Positions 25,917 through 38,826 of a stretch of DNA of 62,200 nucleotides are shown one piece after another. The stretch is from Eremomyces bilateralis CBS 781.70 (Eukaryota). The translations under genes and the position numbers were made by a program. The notes beneath the pieces were generated by a model that saw only the letters and a program-made list of their open reading frames with translations, searched no databases and had not been told where the DNA came from. Each line of letters starts with the position of its first letter. Within the stretch, counting starts at the first letter, position 1. The stretch lies in the NCBI GenBank assembly GCA_010015585.1, contig ML975154.1. One strand, 5' to 3'.

Positions 25917-28900
25917 GGTTCATGGAAGAATCGGGGCTTTGTACCGATGTCCTCGATTTCCCGAAATGCAGGTCCAGTGCGACGTTAGAAGTACTCCAAG
26001 CTAGAGATCGCGATCGGAGGCGTGCCGCGGGGCAGTGGAGCCGGGCGCAACAGGACACAAAAAGCAAAGGGACTTAAAGATGGAGCGCGGATAGACCAGA
26101 CGAGCGCAGTAAAGACAGGATAGGATGCAGATGTGATGCGCAACGAGCCGACGGCAAAGGGTGATACAACGCGAAGCAATGGAACAGTGGCGAAGGAAAA
26201 AGGGAAGGGGAGGTACAGAACAATTGATATTTGAATGGTTGGACACGATATCTTAGACAAGCTGCTCGAGGCTACGGTGCGGTGCCCCATGGTGGACTTG
26301 GGGGATGGTGTAAGGATGGACGGGACCATGGTCCATGGGGATGCGGATGGGGGTGCGTCTCATCTGTAGACTTTTGGGCGCAGAATTCAGTCCACTCGAA
26401 GCCTCGAACCACCTGCAGTCATGACAGGCCAAACAATGAACTGTCTAAACACCACTGCATCTGCGCTTCTGCAGGTGCAAAAACCGCTGACGCGACCCTG
26501 CCCATTCACCTGCAGGAGGTTAGCACTTAGCCTGTCGTCGTCTCGTCGAGGAGCAGGCTACGGGGTGAACCAAGTGTTAGAGAATTTTCCATGGCTTCTT
26601 CCATGCTTCTGGCGTGGCTTCTGGAAGCTTTCCCCGTTCGTCTAGTAACCTTTCGGGAACTCGGAGACGCTGTGGGCCGACTGGGGTAGGCCTGGGGGAA
26701 TCGATCGCGAATGGAGACTGGCGTGCTGCCAAACTCAAATGCTGCCCACTTCTCAACCGGCTCCTAACTTCGTTCACTATACAGCGGCAGTCCGTAGAAA
26801 GTAGAGACTCGGAATTGACCCTCTTCGCCCGCAGGTATTTGCGTGGAATAGGTAAGCAGCAGTGGTATTTGGAACGGTGAGCGTTCTCCTTTCTGGCTTC
26901 ATCTAACCCAAAAGTCGGAACACCACCGTGACAGGCACCAGTTCCCGCCAAGAAGCCCAAGACGACAGCAGCTTTTTGGCTTATTGCTCGTGCAGAAACG
27001 TACTGGGGATGTCATATGGTGAGGTGCAGAAATTCATCTATCTGCGACACACCACACAGACGGGAAATGACGAGAGGGCGCGAAACGACCAGTAGCCGCT
27101 CTTGGCACGTCTTCTAGAAGATTGCCGGAAGGGTTATAGGCTGATGCACGTATGAAACGCTCCCTCTATCGAAACCGGTGATTTGTTCATTGGCTCGCCC
27201 GTCTTCGCGTTTCTTGTACTCTATCGAGCCCCTGACCGGGTTCGTTCAGCCTTGTGGTGCAGGTTTGATGCGTCACCTCGCCCTAGTGCCGGCGGTCAGA
27301 TCTCGCCGCAGCCTGTGACCGACATTCTCACTTTACCGTCGGTTCATCGTGAATTCATGGCCCGGATTCCAGGAGAAATGCGGGTGGACCAGGCGATATA
27401 CCATGTAGGCGGCCAATTTTTAGAGTTTGGAATGGAACGTTTGGAAGCTTCTCGGAATACTCAGATTCGCCTAATAGCGACAAGGTCCAGCGGCACACTG
27501 AGGCACGGAGGTTCGCCGTTGTGACATGCTGATTATAGCCTTCGCCGGATGCTGGTCCCGACTGGATAAGCTCTAGTAGTCTGTATGACTTGCATCATCG
27601 CTTAGAAGAATTGTATGGCCTTCAAAGTTTCAACACGTTTCGAGCGATTCATCCATAGTCTGACAGGCTTCTGACACCAGAATGCCTTAAGACGTTGTTA
27701 AATGACGGCGAACCTGCATGCTATCCCAACACTCTCGCGTTCCCGGTAGACATAATTAATATTATTACGGAATATAGTTACCCCTAACATGTGAACTGTG
27801 GCTTCAATTGCTATATTCTAGCATCTGATTCTCGCAAGCGACGTCGGCCTAACCCGCCAGAAACGGCAAGGCTGCCGACCGGTTTGATGGGTAGTCCCGA
27901 CTTCTAATGACGCAGCAATTAACTTCAATATCAACGACAACGGTGGATAAACTACCGACCATGGATTCACATTGAGGCTCCGCAGCTGTCAAACAGCCGT
28001 CATCCCATGCTCAATATACCACAAACTGGTGGCTTGTGAAACGAGTCGGAAAAAGGGGTAACGAATCGCAGCTCGATCGCGGTCGAAGATCACGTTGAGA
28101 CGATTGAGAGGCCACCGGGAGACTAGAAGAGCATGAATCGGATAGCTCAGTCGTATCATTTCATTCGTTTTCTTTGTTGTCTATGGTAGAATGGAGAATG
28201 TCGATACGATAGTCGTCTGGTTTCACTACTGCACAGTGCACACAGGCTGTGGCTTGACGCGTGTGCGGCGAAGGGAAGAAAAATGGTGCTAACTTACCTA
28301 ATAACGGGCAGAAATAACGGAATGGAATAGAGGAGAACGGGTGAGCCAGTACCACCGCCCATTGCCCATCACTCAGTGTGGTAGGCTGCCCGTAAGCAGG
28401 TAAGAGGAGGGGGTCATGGGGGCACCGAGGCGCCACACAACGAAAATACGAAACAGAGAAAGAGTAAATTCCTGGTACCTGCCCGATTGGGTATGTCGAG
28501 GCAACCGAGCGGAATTTAATCCCGCCTTCTGGCTTTTACACCAGACAAGTGATAAGTGACAAGTGATGCCAACATGCGGGATTCACGTTACCTACCTGGA
28601 GATGAAACCTCCAGTATTCGGCGGTTCAGTCTACCGTGACCGTGCTGTCAAACTCGGATAGGCATTCTGCTGTACAGGCGGTAGCGAAATAGAGTTTCAA
28701 GTTGACATCTGATGATCTCATATCGAAGTTTCACAGGAGGACATGGTTTTCCACAGATATACTCTGGTATCAGCTACAGTCAGGTATCAGGTATGCTTAT
28801 GTCGCTTCCAGCTTTGGAAGATAGTTGGCTTCAAAGTTCAAACCACATGAGCAAAACCATCAAGATGCGAGAAACCTGCGGAGTTGTCATCCTCCTCGCA

Positions 28901-29810
28901 AAGTCGCGACATCCATGCGGGAAAGCGGAGCCATCGATCACAGGCGATGGCATCGAAATCGGCCCCTCCTGAGCATCTGATTATAATGCCCATCCACAAC
29001 CCGTTCTAGGTTCCAGGATATTAATACCGGCTTCCTGCACCAACATATGCAAGCAAAAGTCGGAGTCATCAGTTCGTATTCCCTTCTCTGGTATCTCCAC
29101 ATTGATGTCAAGATTTTGGGTCGAAACAGCGCCGTTCCCTTAGACGGGACTGGGAGAATGACCTGATTCAAGGATGTCCTCTATTGATATGAGCACCACA
29201 ATATTGCGTCAAAATTCCAGTCGTCTGAAGGTTCGCAACCCATTTACAACACAATGGATGAACCGTTCCAAAGGCCAACTGGGGTCGTGGTGGTATCAAC
29301 ATTGCAGATCTGGTGAAGGTGGTGCAATCCATTGAGTATTATTAATCCCGCGTCTTTGCAGCATTCACACATGTTCGGTTCTGCTGCCCGCACCCAATCC
29401 TCGTCGAGGCATCAAAGTCGAGTGCGGTGTCTCGAACGAGAATAGCGCGCCAACCTTTCGAGCGGCGGGGTTCGATCGATCGCATGGTGTCCCAATTTAG
29501 GTTGGTTCACAGCACTGCCCGCTGGAATGGCGGAGGGCGATTGAAGATTCAAAAACTGTATGGCTCCTCATCTGGAGCTGACAAACTTTTGATTTCTTCA
29601 ATTCTCATCTTCGCTCCTCGATTCCTAACCAGATCTCTTCTTGGCTGGAGCATGTTAATCGTGGCGAGTCTCAGCATATGATCTGGTTTGGGGATACCGA
29701 TAGTGATAGCGAACTCTACGCGTCAAATTGACCTTATCAACATTACAAATCGTCATTTCATCCTTCGTAGACATTTATTACTATTGTTCACAAAACAAAA
29801 CGTTCACATC

Positions 29811-32000
29811 ATGTTGGATCAATCTCAGCGAGTTGTTCCCACGCGCAATTTCGTCGTCTACCGGGCATCATTAGATCCGGCAGACCCGTATGATGCGTGC
29901 GCTCCCCTCGAATTCTATCCTGAGCGTGATTCGGACGAGCTGTTCGAGGCTCTAAGGGAGGCTTTCCCTCATGTTCGTACCCACAAGGAACGTGTCCGAG
30001 ATGCAGTCATCGAATATCTCCTCATGGAGAAGGAAGAGCTTAGGAAGCAAGAAGATACGACCATGCCGTCCGCCTCCAATTTCGACTTCGCCATGTTCCC
30101 CACCCCCACGGACAGCTTCACTGAGGCTGGGCCTTCAAATCCGCTTGGGAGCATGGACATATTCCCGCAATCTTCCAACATGATCCCGTCCCTCTCTGCA
30201 GACGGCTTCGAACTCGACCTCTCCCTCACCTCCCCATCCGATTCTTTCCTCTCCTCCCCCGATTCTTTCCTCACCTTCACCACTCCCGACATGACCCCAT
30301 TGATGTCGGCTCCTTTCGACTCTTTCCCAAGCGACGATGCCTCCCGGAGCGTTTCACAGGCGTCCTCAGTCGCCGGTCCCTCGGCCAGCGCGACACCAGC
30401 CATGGAGCAGTTGACCACGGTGTGGAGCATCTCAAGCGAGCCGCAGCCGAAAAGGCGGTCTCGACGAGCCATGACCGAGGACGAGAAAAAGGCGTACCGA
30501 AAGAAGAGGGTCGTTGGCGCATGTGCCGAGTGCCGGAGGAAGAGGAGGAAGGTTAGTCACTAAGATCAATCGTGTTGAATCCAGGCTAATTCAGTTCAGT
30601 GCCAACATACGGGCGTCGAAGCCCAGTATGCGAAGGTGGCAACCAATGATCAGATACCGATCAGGTATAAAGTCCGTCAGCCAGACAAACCACAATCTGT
30701 CCGACTCGATCGCTCCAGTCCGGGAATGGTGTCCGATCGTCTTGTCAGCTCCGCTGGCCTCGCAAATCTTCCCTCCAGCGACATCAACGAACCATGGCAG
30801 GCCATACCATTCAAATCGGAAGGCGACCTTGAGAGGCATTACGAAGACCTCTATCTCACCCCGATGTCCACCAGTTCGGAAGAGAGCGCAAACCAAGTAC
30901 TCCAGGACGAATTCGGCCTCAAGCAGAACGCCATCAACATGTCCCACAAGGCTCCAGGGGCAATAGTCATGAGAAACCAGCTCAGCCGCAATCCATTCCC
31001 ACTCCCAACCGACGACAGCTCATCGCTAGATCCCCGTGGACTATCGCCCGGCTTCGTTCGGCCTCCTGCCGCTACATCGATCTCGGAACACTCGTCTCCA
31101 GGACTTGGGTCGTCATTTACGGACCTGTCCTTTTCACTGTCGGGAGACCTTCTCCATACCAGTTCTCTCCGTCCAACCGCTAGCCAAGGAATCACCGGCC
31201 TCGGGGAATCCGTTGGGCTCAGCTCTTCCTCCTCTTCCCAGTTCACCGATGAAAATGTCCGACGTCGCCCTCGTTTGTCATTCCCCGCTACGGATGGCCT
31301 CGGGGATGCGGCCCGCACGGCTCACGTCTCCCGCCAATCCACCGCCGGGCTTACCGACTCTGTTTGGCCAAGCTCCTCCCTTATGCGGCAACTCACGAGC
31401 GACAACGTTCGGCGTCTTCCTTTGGCGTCCGGCACTCCGGATGTTCACCAAGATTCTGTTCGCGGGGTTCCCGTCTCCCGCCGCGTAATGGCCGCTATCT
31501 CTCTCCCCACCCCATCCGCACCGTCAGCAGCGCGGGAATCAAAGGGCGTATCCGCAATCGCCGGCCTCCCGCTTTCTGCCTCACCTGGCGTAACCGCTCC
31601 CTCTCCTTCCCCCACGACCTCAGTGTCGTCAAATGGTGGACTTATCTCCACCCCGTCCTCCGTGGCCATTCGACGGTTCAAGAACCCCTCCCCCCCTCTT
31701 CCGGTTCTTTCATCCCCGGTGGCCACGGCCGTGTCCGGCAGCGCCGACAAGCGCGCTGCCACGACCCAAACGGTCGCCTCCCTGGCCCACAGTGGTGTCA
31801 TGGGCGACCTGGTGTCGGCGGCGAAGATTTACTTCGCCGTCATGGGCGCGCTCTGTGTGCTCTGCAATATCATGAGTCAGCAGAATGCGCAGGCCAGGAA
31901 GACAGCGCGGATGCCGATCGACAGTGTGTGTCGTGCTGTTCGTGTACGGTCAGGCAGGATGTTCTGGGGGTCAATGCACGGTCCTATCGCTGTCGTTTAA
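29811..32000 (+). CDS. Putative transcription factor with a truncated Zn-cluster motif (GACAECRRKRRK|CQH); 3' end uncertain (32000, or 32060 if a final intron is used)
   Basis: Exon 1 ends RKKRVVGACAECRRKRRK before GTTAGT. The acceptor at about 30599 continues in frame into a 454-aa Ser/Pro-rich ORF. Confidence 0.7.
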
Positions 32001-32492
32001 CCCTACTGGTAAACATTTGCCGTAGGTGGGGTTGGCCTGGTGAGCTGGGGTTTACTTTGATGCTTTGCTCTTTAGCGTGGCGCTTGGTGTCGTGACTCGT
32101 TTTCAACCGTCACATTGGACTGTCTCAACGAAGTCTAATTCCCCATTGAAATCGATTTGGTTTTATGTATCGTAGGCCTTGGTGGCGGTTCTTAGCTGCC
32201 AACCGTGATGTATTACATCGACCTGAATGAATCTATAACTGAGGCTAGAATCTATCTACATGTAGCCTGTAGTGCGAAAGTGAGCCGTAAACGCGGCGTA
32301 TTCCGTCCAGGGAGATGATCGGTCATTTCCCGGCGCGGTCAGTGCCTGCCCATGATCCCAATGACTTCCTTGCGACCGGCAGTGTATGTAGCTTGGTGTG
32401 ACTCCATTCACAGGTTCAGCTAGTCCTAAAGCCAACCTCAATGGAATTCAGGTGAAATAGGTAAAAGGGTATCATCCCAAATCTTCTTGTTT

Positions 32493-32977
32493 TCAAAACG
32501 GACTTGCGGCTTCTAAAAGCCCGGCCGCCTTGAATGTCCGAGGCGACGAGATGACCACTTCCACGGGGTATTTCCACTCCATATACTTCCCCCAACCTAA
32601 AGCGCTGCGGTCAGCCGGCGATCATCCTAAATCAGCGACGTGAAGTACATACCCCAATAAGCACACTTCCTCCCAAAATACTTCCCCACATACGGCACCA
32701 CAACCATCGTCAACAGCAGCTCCAACTGCTGCAAGCTCTCCCTCCACTCTCGCTCGGCGTCGCTCTCGTCCCCGACGTCGGTGTCAGATCCGTCGTCCGT
32801 TGTCGCCTCGGACGGGAGGGAGTCGAAGTCGTTCTCGGAGGAGGGCTGCCGTTGCAGGAACTGGGAGGGGCTGTAGGATTCGTGGGGGGACGGGAGCTCG
32901 GAGGGGGTGGGGAGGATGTAGGATGAGGAGGTGGTGGTGGAGGCGCGGGAGGGGGGCGAGGGGGATGGGTCGGTCAT
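32493..32977 (-). CDS. MIM2: Mitochondrial import protein Mim2-like, 2 exons
   Basis: Acidic stretch followed by DAEREWRESLQQLELLLTMVVVPYVGKYFGRKCAYW|GWGKYMEW. Confidence 0.8.
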
Positions 32978-33169
32978 TGTGTGGAAGGATAGGGGTGGAG
33001 ATATATGCTTTATAACATCATGGACTTGAGATGGGAAGGCCCAGTTGCGAGCTGCGCAAGAGGATGGTTCAAGTGTCGACGTTGCTGCTGAGGTGAGCTC
33101 TCCACATCCTATCACGGGGATGGGGTTCAATTCACGGTCACATGACTGCCAAGGCTTTGCATTAGCTCG

Positions 33170-33193
33170 ACGCGTCTTCGTCTTTAAACGCGT
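33170..33193. promoter_or_regulatory. Pair of MluI cell-cycle boxes (ACGCGT at 33170-33175 and 33188-33193) upstream of RFC2
   Basis: Two perfect MCB elements lie 110-135 bp upstream of a DNA-replication gene. Confidence 0.6.
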
Positions 33194-33305
33194 CGGACTT
33201 TAGTGCTCGGATTTCCACTCATCTTCCAGATATGCTGAAATTCCCAGCCCATGAGACACGCTTCAATCCACACCAACTTATACGATCAGAGAATTGAGTC
33301 ACGCA

Positions 33306-34520
33306 ATGGCCAACTTCTTCGATCTCAAGGCCCGCAAGGCCGCGGCAAGCGCTGGTGCATCATCAAAAGGAACGCAGAAAGCAGACCGAAGCTCACTCCA
33401 GCCATGGGTCGAGAAATAGTATGTCCTTCCTATGCACCGATGCCAGCCAGCACCCGTTCTCACACCTCCCAGCCGTCCTAAATCCCTCTCCGAAGTCACC
33501 GCCCAAGACCACACCATCTCCGTCCTCCAACGCACCATGCAAGCCTCAAACCTCCCGCACATGCTCTTCTACGGGCCCCCGGGCACCGGCAAGACCTCCA
33601 CAATCCTCGCCCTCGCCAAGCAGCTCTACGGGCCCGAGCTGTTCCGCTCCCGCGTCCTCGAGCTCAACGCCTCCGACGAGCGTGGCATCGCCATCGTCCG
33701 CGAGAAGGTCAAGGACTTCGCCCGCCAGCAGCTGTCGAACCCGCCCTCCGGGCCAGCAGGGGTGGAGTATCGGAAGCGGTATCCCTGTCCGCCGTTTAAG
33801 ATCATCGTGCTGGACGAGGCAGATAGCATGACGCAGGACGCGCAGAGTGCACTGCGGAGGACGATGGAGACGTATAGCAAGATCACGCGGTTCTGTCTGG
33901 TGTGCAACTACGTCACGAGGATCATCGATCCGCTGGCGAGTCGGTGTAGCAAGTTCCGGTTTAAGAGCCTCGATCATAAGAATGCGAGTCAGCGGCTGAA
34001 AGACATTGCGGGGACCGAGGGCATCAGGGTGGGTGATGGGGCCGTCGATGCATTGGTCAAGTGCAGTGAGGGCGACCTACGACGAGCGATCACGTATCTC
34101 CAGAGCGCCGCACGTCTCGTGGTGCCGACGAAACAAGCCGCAAAAGGGGAGGATGAGATGGACATCGACGATGCCGAGGGGTCGCAGCTGGTCACGGTGA
34201 CGATCGTTGAAGAAATCGCCGGAATCATTCCGGGGCAGACGATCGAGAGTCTGCTAAACGCCATGCGACCCATGCCCAAAAAACAGGCGTACGACTCCAT
34301 CGCGACGGTGGTGCAAGATCTGATTTCGGACGGGTGGAGCGCGTCGCAGCTGTTAAATCAGATGTACGAGAAGGTGCTCTTCGACGAGCGGATCGCGGAC
34401 ATACAGAAGCAGACCATCGCGATCGTCTTCTCCGAGACGGACAAGCGGCTCGTCGACGGGGCGGACGAACATCTCGAAGTGCTCGATCTGGCGTTGAAGG
34501 TGTCCGAGTGCATGGCATGA
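33306..34520 (+). CDS. RFC2: Replication factor C subunit 2 (clamp loader); intron 33419-33472
   Basis: [54 protein letters not shown] and SRC motif. Confidence 0.95.
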
Positions 34521-34777
34521 GGAGTCCATGAAGCATACATGACCGTCACGAAATGAATGGGATGCACGGCGTTTCAACATTTCATTATCATCTGCCGAAG
34601 TCCAGGTTGTGATGAATCTTGCCAACTATCCAGGCTGACCTTCCTCTACACAAGACCCCTCGTTATTGCCTTGCGGACGCATTCGCATGCTATGTATACT
34701 GCGCTCGAACGGACCGGAACGATCTAAGTATGGGTTTGGGCCAAGATGTGGTCGACCGATCGGTCGGTATCGTCAAT

Positions 34778-36825
34778 CTATTTCAAGCTAAACCCCTTGA
34801 CCCTCTTAGCAAGCTGATCGGTAGAAGGACTGGCAGTGGCAGTGCTGGGGCTTGGGGTGTTGTCGGAAAAGGGCTGATGGTCTGAAAAGGGACGCTTCGG
34901 GGGTCTCTCACCGCTGTCATGGACAATTGTCCGGAGTGTGGCCCAACCGGGAGCGTTCTGCAACTGGTAGCCGTCGGCGAGGTCGTGCTTGGATGCGAGG
35001 CGGCACAGGACCTCCTCCTCCTCCTAATCGAATAATATTAGCGAGATATAGACAGCGAATGAAACGTGTACACACCTTGCTCAGAATGTTCAGCGAATGG
35101 ATGTAGCAGAGCAAGTGGAAGTCCGAGACCAGGTTGGTCCCACCCGCCTGGTTCAGCAACGGCGCCGACGACGAGGCCTGGATCTGCTTGGCTAACGCAT
35201 GGAAATCCTGCGCCGCTCCCAGAATCTCGCGGTTCTCGATCGGGAACCCGGTGTGCGTGAATTGCGGCTTTCCATCCGTCGGGAAGCCATGCGTCAGGGC
35301 GACCAGCAGATACTCGACCGGGAACGCGGGCTTCGCGTTCTGCTGCACCTTCGCGCCGTACTCGTTCAGCTTGCGGTAGAACACCTCGGGGATGTAGCGC
35401 ACGCGGCCCAGCGACTGGTCCTCGGTTTCGTTCTGCACGAGCATCTGCCCCGGCTCAGCGGATGGCTCGATGATATCCGCGTGGACCATCTCCACGGCGG
35501 AGTTGCTGGCTTGGTACGCGGAGATGCCGATTTGGCCCGATTGGTCGCCGCTGACGACGCAGGTGACGAAGTTGGATCCGAATTTGCCGGTGTCGCTCCA
35601 CTTGGTCGGTCTCGGATACCGGCCCTGGTATCGTGCTGCGAACACGATCTCGAGTGATGAAAGGAAGTACGAATCGATGTGTCGTTTGCACACGACCGTT
35701 CCATCGCCCGCTCCAGCGTCCAGCAAATCGGTGAAGATCACGCCTATCCTCTGCATCCCGCACATTCTCGCCACCTCGTCCACTGCGTCTTCGTTCGCCC
35801 ACTCTCCCAGACTGATTCCGTCCACTTCACAGACTTGCGGGGGTTCGTAGATCGCCTCGACGACCGCTTTGGTCCCGAGCGGCACTTCTGTGTATTCCTC
35901 GCATCTGCCATATAAGAAACCCAACCGCTGGGACCCCGAGTGCCTCCAGAATTCTAGCAACGAGTTGACCATTCCCGACGAGGAAAACTCCACGTGGTCG
36001 ACCATCCGGAATTCCTGTGGTTGTAGTGTGATTGCGCTAGGCTGGCATTTCGTACAGATACCATCCGGCCATGGTGGATGACCGGAGGGACATTCCGGCC
36101 GTACTCGGAAATAGGGCTCGGTCAGTGGAGGCATATATGACGAGCCGGACTCGGGTTTGTTCTTGCCGTGGTTGATCTTTCGGAGATAGCTGTGGAAGGA
36201 GAGGTGTTTGATGTTCTTCTCTTTTAAATGTCCGGCATCGTATGGCTCCAGCGGCATGCAGTAGTCGCACATGCCCTTCGCGCCGTGGCGGCACATCTTG
36301 ACGTCTTTCGGCCGCGAGATCTTGCCGTCTTGCTTGTCAAGGGCGTCATCCAACGGGGATTGTTTCACGACGTCCCACGGATTCCTTATGGTGGTTGGTG
36401 CGGTGTTTGACGAAGTGGCCGTGGCGGTACTTGTGCTTCGAGCCGGCTGTCCGTTTAGACTTCTCCCTCCTTCGGGTGCGGAGCCATTTGCATGCCCATT
36501 GCCGTCGACGTTGGTGGTCGCATAGTCGTAGTATAGCATATCTCCATGGCTAATGACAAATGTTAGCCGTCTCTAGATACTGGTGGTATGAGGCATTATA
36601 GCCCTACCTCAGTCCCACTCTCTCAAAGCTGATCCCTTTGAGATCCCGGATCGGCCTCTCATCCCCACCGCGGGGCTTATTACTGAGCGTTATAGAACTC
36701 TTATCGACGTTTGGCGGTAGCTTTTCGGCAAGCTCATTCTGGATGGACGGAAAATCCCCCTTGGGATTGACATTCAAGCGGAACTGGCCATCACGACCTT
36801 GGAAGCGGAGGATTATCTTGCTCAT
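34778..36825 (-). CDS. NPL4: Nuclear protein localization 4 (Cdc48-Ufd1 cofactor), 3 exons
   Basis: UBX-like N-terminus, zf-NPL4 ([39 protein letters not shown]), YFLSSLE, and [14 protein letters not shown]. Confidence 0.95.
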
Positions 36826-37395
36826 AGGGGGATGATGGGCTCTCGCTGAGCCAGGCTATGGGTATCAGATCGGAGCAGAACGAGAATGAAAAGTCCAGAA
36901 CAGCTACTTTTAGTTATGTGAGGGTGTTTGAGCGGTGTTTAAAATGGGAGAATGGGAGAGATAAACTTCGGAAGAGGCAAGAGGCAAGTTGTCAAGTGTT
37001 ATGTATTAGAACCGAAGCTCCAAGTTGAAGCTCCAAGTCGAGGTCGAAGCTTTGCGTCAGCGCGTTGCCTAATTATTTACTCCACAGTCCACACATCGCC
37101 ACTATCCAGGTTCACTGTCACTGGCTCAGTATCAGAACCTCTGCCGATGTGATCACGGACATATTCATTCACAGACATGTACACATAATCGCCTCGTCAG
37201 GTGTTGATAGAATCTACTGTTGTGTACCTATTTCCTACGAAGAAGCTGCAACACTCACCAGAATGGGCAGTGCATTTCTCCTACAGCATTGTGTATGCGA
37301 TTCCTATCACCTCCATCGTTGAGCTGCGAACCCGCCCTGCACCCTACCAAGCTTCTAGGTCGCCTTTGATGCGTGTTTCCTAGCTCCCATTGACA

Positions 37396-38152
37396 ATGGC
37401 GTCCAGCGATCGATGGATATGGCTCGGAGTTGGCGTGTTGACCTTCGTCGCTGTCAAGAGCGTCTCCTACGCCCTCGGAGACATCCTGCGCTTGACCGAA
37501 ATTCAAGACCATAAACGAACTCCAGGTGTCTCGCAGGAGACGGAAGATGGTATGTATGCCACGTCTTGATATCCAGAACTACGGCTCACATTTGCCTAGC
37601 GATCAACCTCGAGTCGCTATATCTTCTTGCGACCTGCCCAAATGTCGATATCCGGAAAGCGTATGTATCCCTTCGGTTTGCATCGCAGCAACGCTAACCT
37701 GTCCCAGCGCTCTCAAGATTTTCTGCGACCGCTTCTCCCAGAACAACACAGCCAAGATGCTCCTAGGCGACGATCTCCTCCACCCCGACCCCGAAACCCG
37801 CACCATGGCCGCCCAAGCGGCCGCCGTTTTGGAGAAGTACGACGTCTCCCACGCTATCCACCAACTGCCACTCCCCTTTCTAAACCCGCAGAACCCGAGC
37901 GCGCGGACGCGGACGCGGGAAGAGAATCCGGAAGAGCTCGCGCTCCGGCGACGACGACGGGAGGCGATGGTTCTGAACGAGGGGGATCACCCGGTGCGGC
38001 AGGACGATATTATTCAACGAGGGGGGCGGGCGAGAGACGACGAGACGGCGATGACGGAAAGAGCTTTGGCAAGTCTGTCGGAGGAGCCTTCTGCTAGTAC
38101 CTTAATGAACCGGCGTCGGGGGAGGCTGTCGGAGGAGACCGTCGGCATTTGA
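37396..38152 (+). CDS. Hypothetical protein with N-terminal TM anchor, 3 exons
   Basis: MASSDRWIWLGVGVLTFVAV…ETED|AINLESL…DIRKA|ALKIFCDRF…EELALRRRRREAMVLNEGDHPV. Two canonical GTATGT…AG introns keep the frame. Confidence 0.7.
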
Positions 38153-38826
38153 TATGTGATGCCATGCTTAGATGTCGTCCAACGGCACTCCATTTGTTGC
38201 GACTGGCGATCTATTGAATGGGCATTCATGAGACGACGCGATACCCCATTACCCTAGGGGCTTAACAGTCATGCGTTGCGGGTCATGGCGAGCAACAGGA
38301 CGCTTACACATTACACCGAAGCAATCCTCCAGCCTCCAAACCACTGAAGATTGCATGTTGGCGTGCTCAGCTCACGCCAACACTTGGACCTCGAAATCAC
38401 AGTTCGAGGCATAAGACTTTGGCTCGAAGCCCTCCATTTCCGAATCTCGAACTCCTGGTTGCAGATGCCATTTACACTGACCAATCTAATGAGCCTCGGA
38501 GCTCAGCCTGCGCTATCTACTTCATGGGCATGGCGGCTACTTGTAAGATCCCGTAACGGGGCCGGTAGATTCCCTACCGCCATGACTTCGGATCCGATAG
38601 CCGTTTATTATGCTCTTCGAAGCCCACCCTCATGGCTTCGCAACATCTTCGACGAATCTCTGTGGATCCCCCGTTACTGTTGAGACGACAGTTCTTTAAA
38701 GATGATCAGCTACCCCGCTCGAAGCGATTAGCTCAACAAGATGTATGGACAGGCACAACATTAGAGCGTTCTCTTCATTAGTGAACTATTCACTCGGAAC
38801 ACGGATTGGACCGATGTCTATTGAAG

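Noticed and set aside
25985..29700. Small ORFs or tRNA/ncRNA in the long intergenic region
   Set aside because: I could identify no family motifs, splice-supported models or cloverleaf by eye. A covariance-model scan would be needed to exclude ncRNA.
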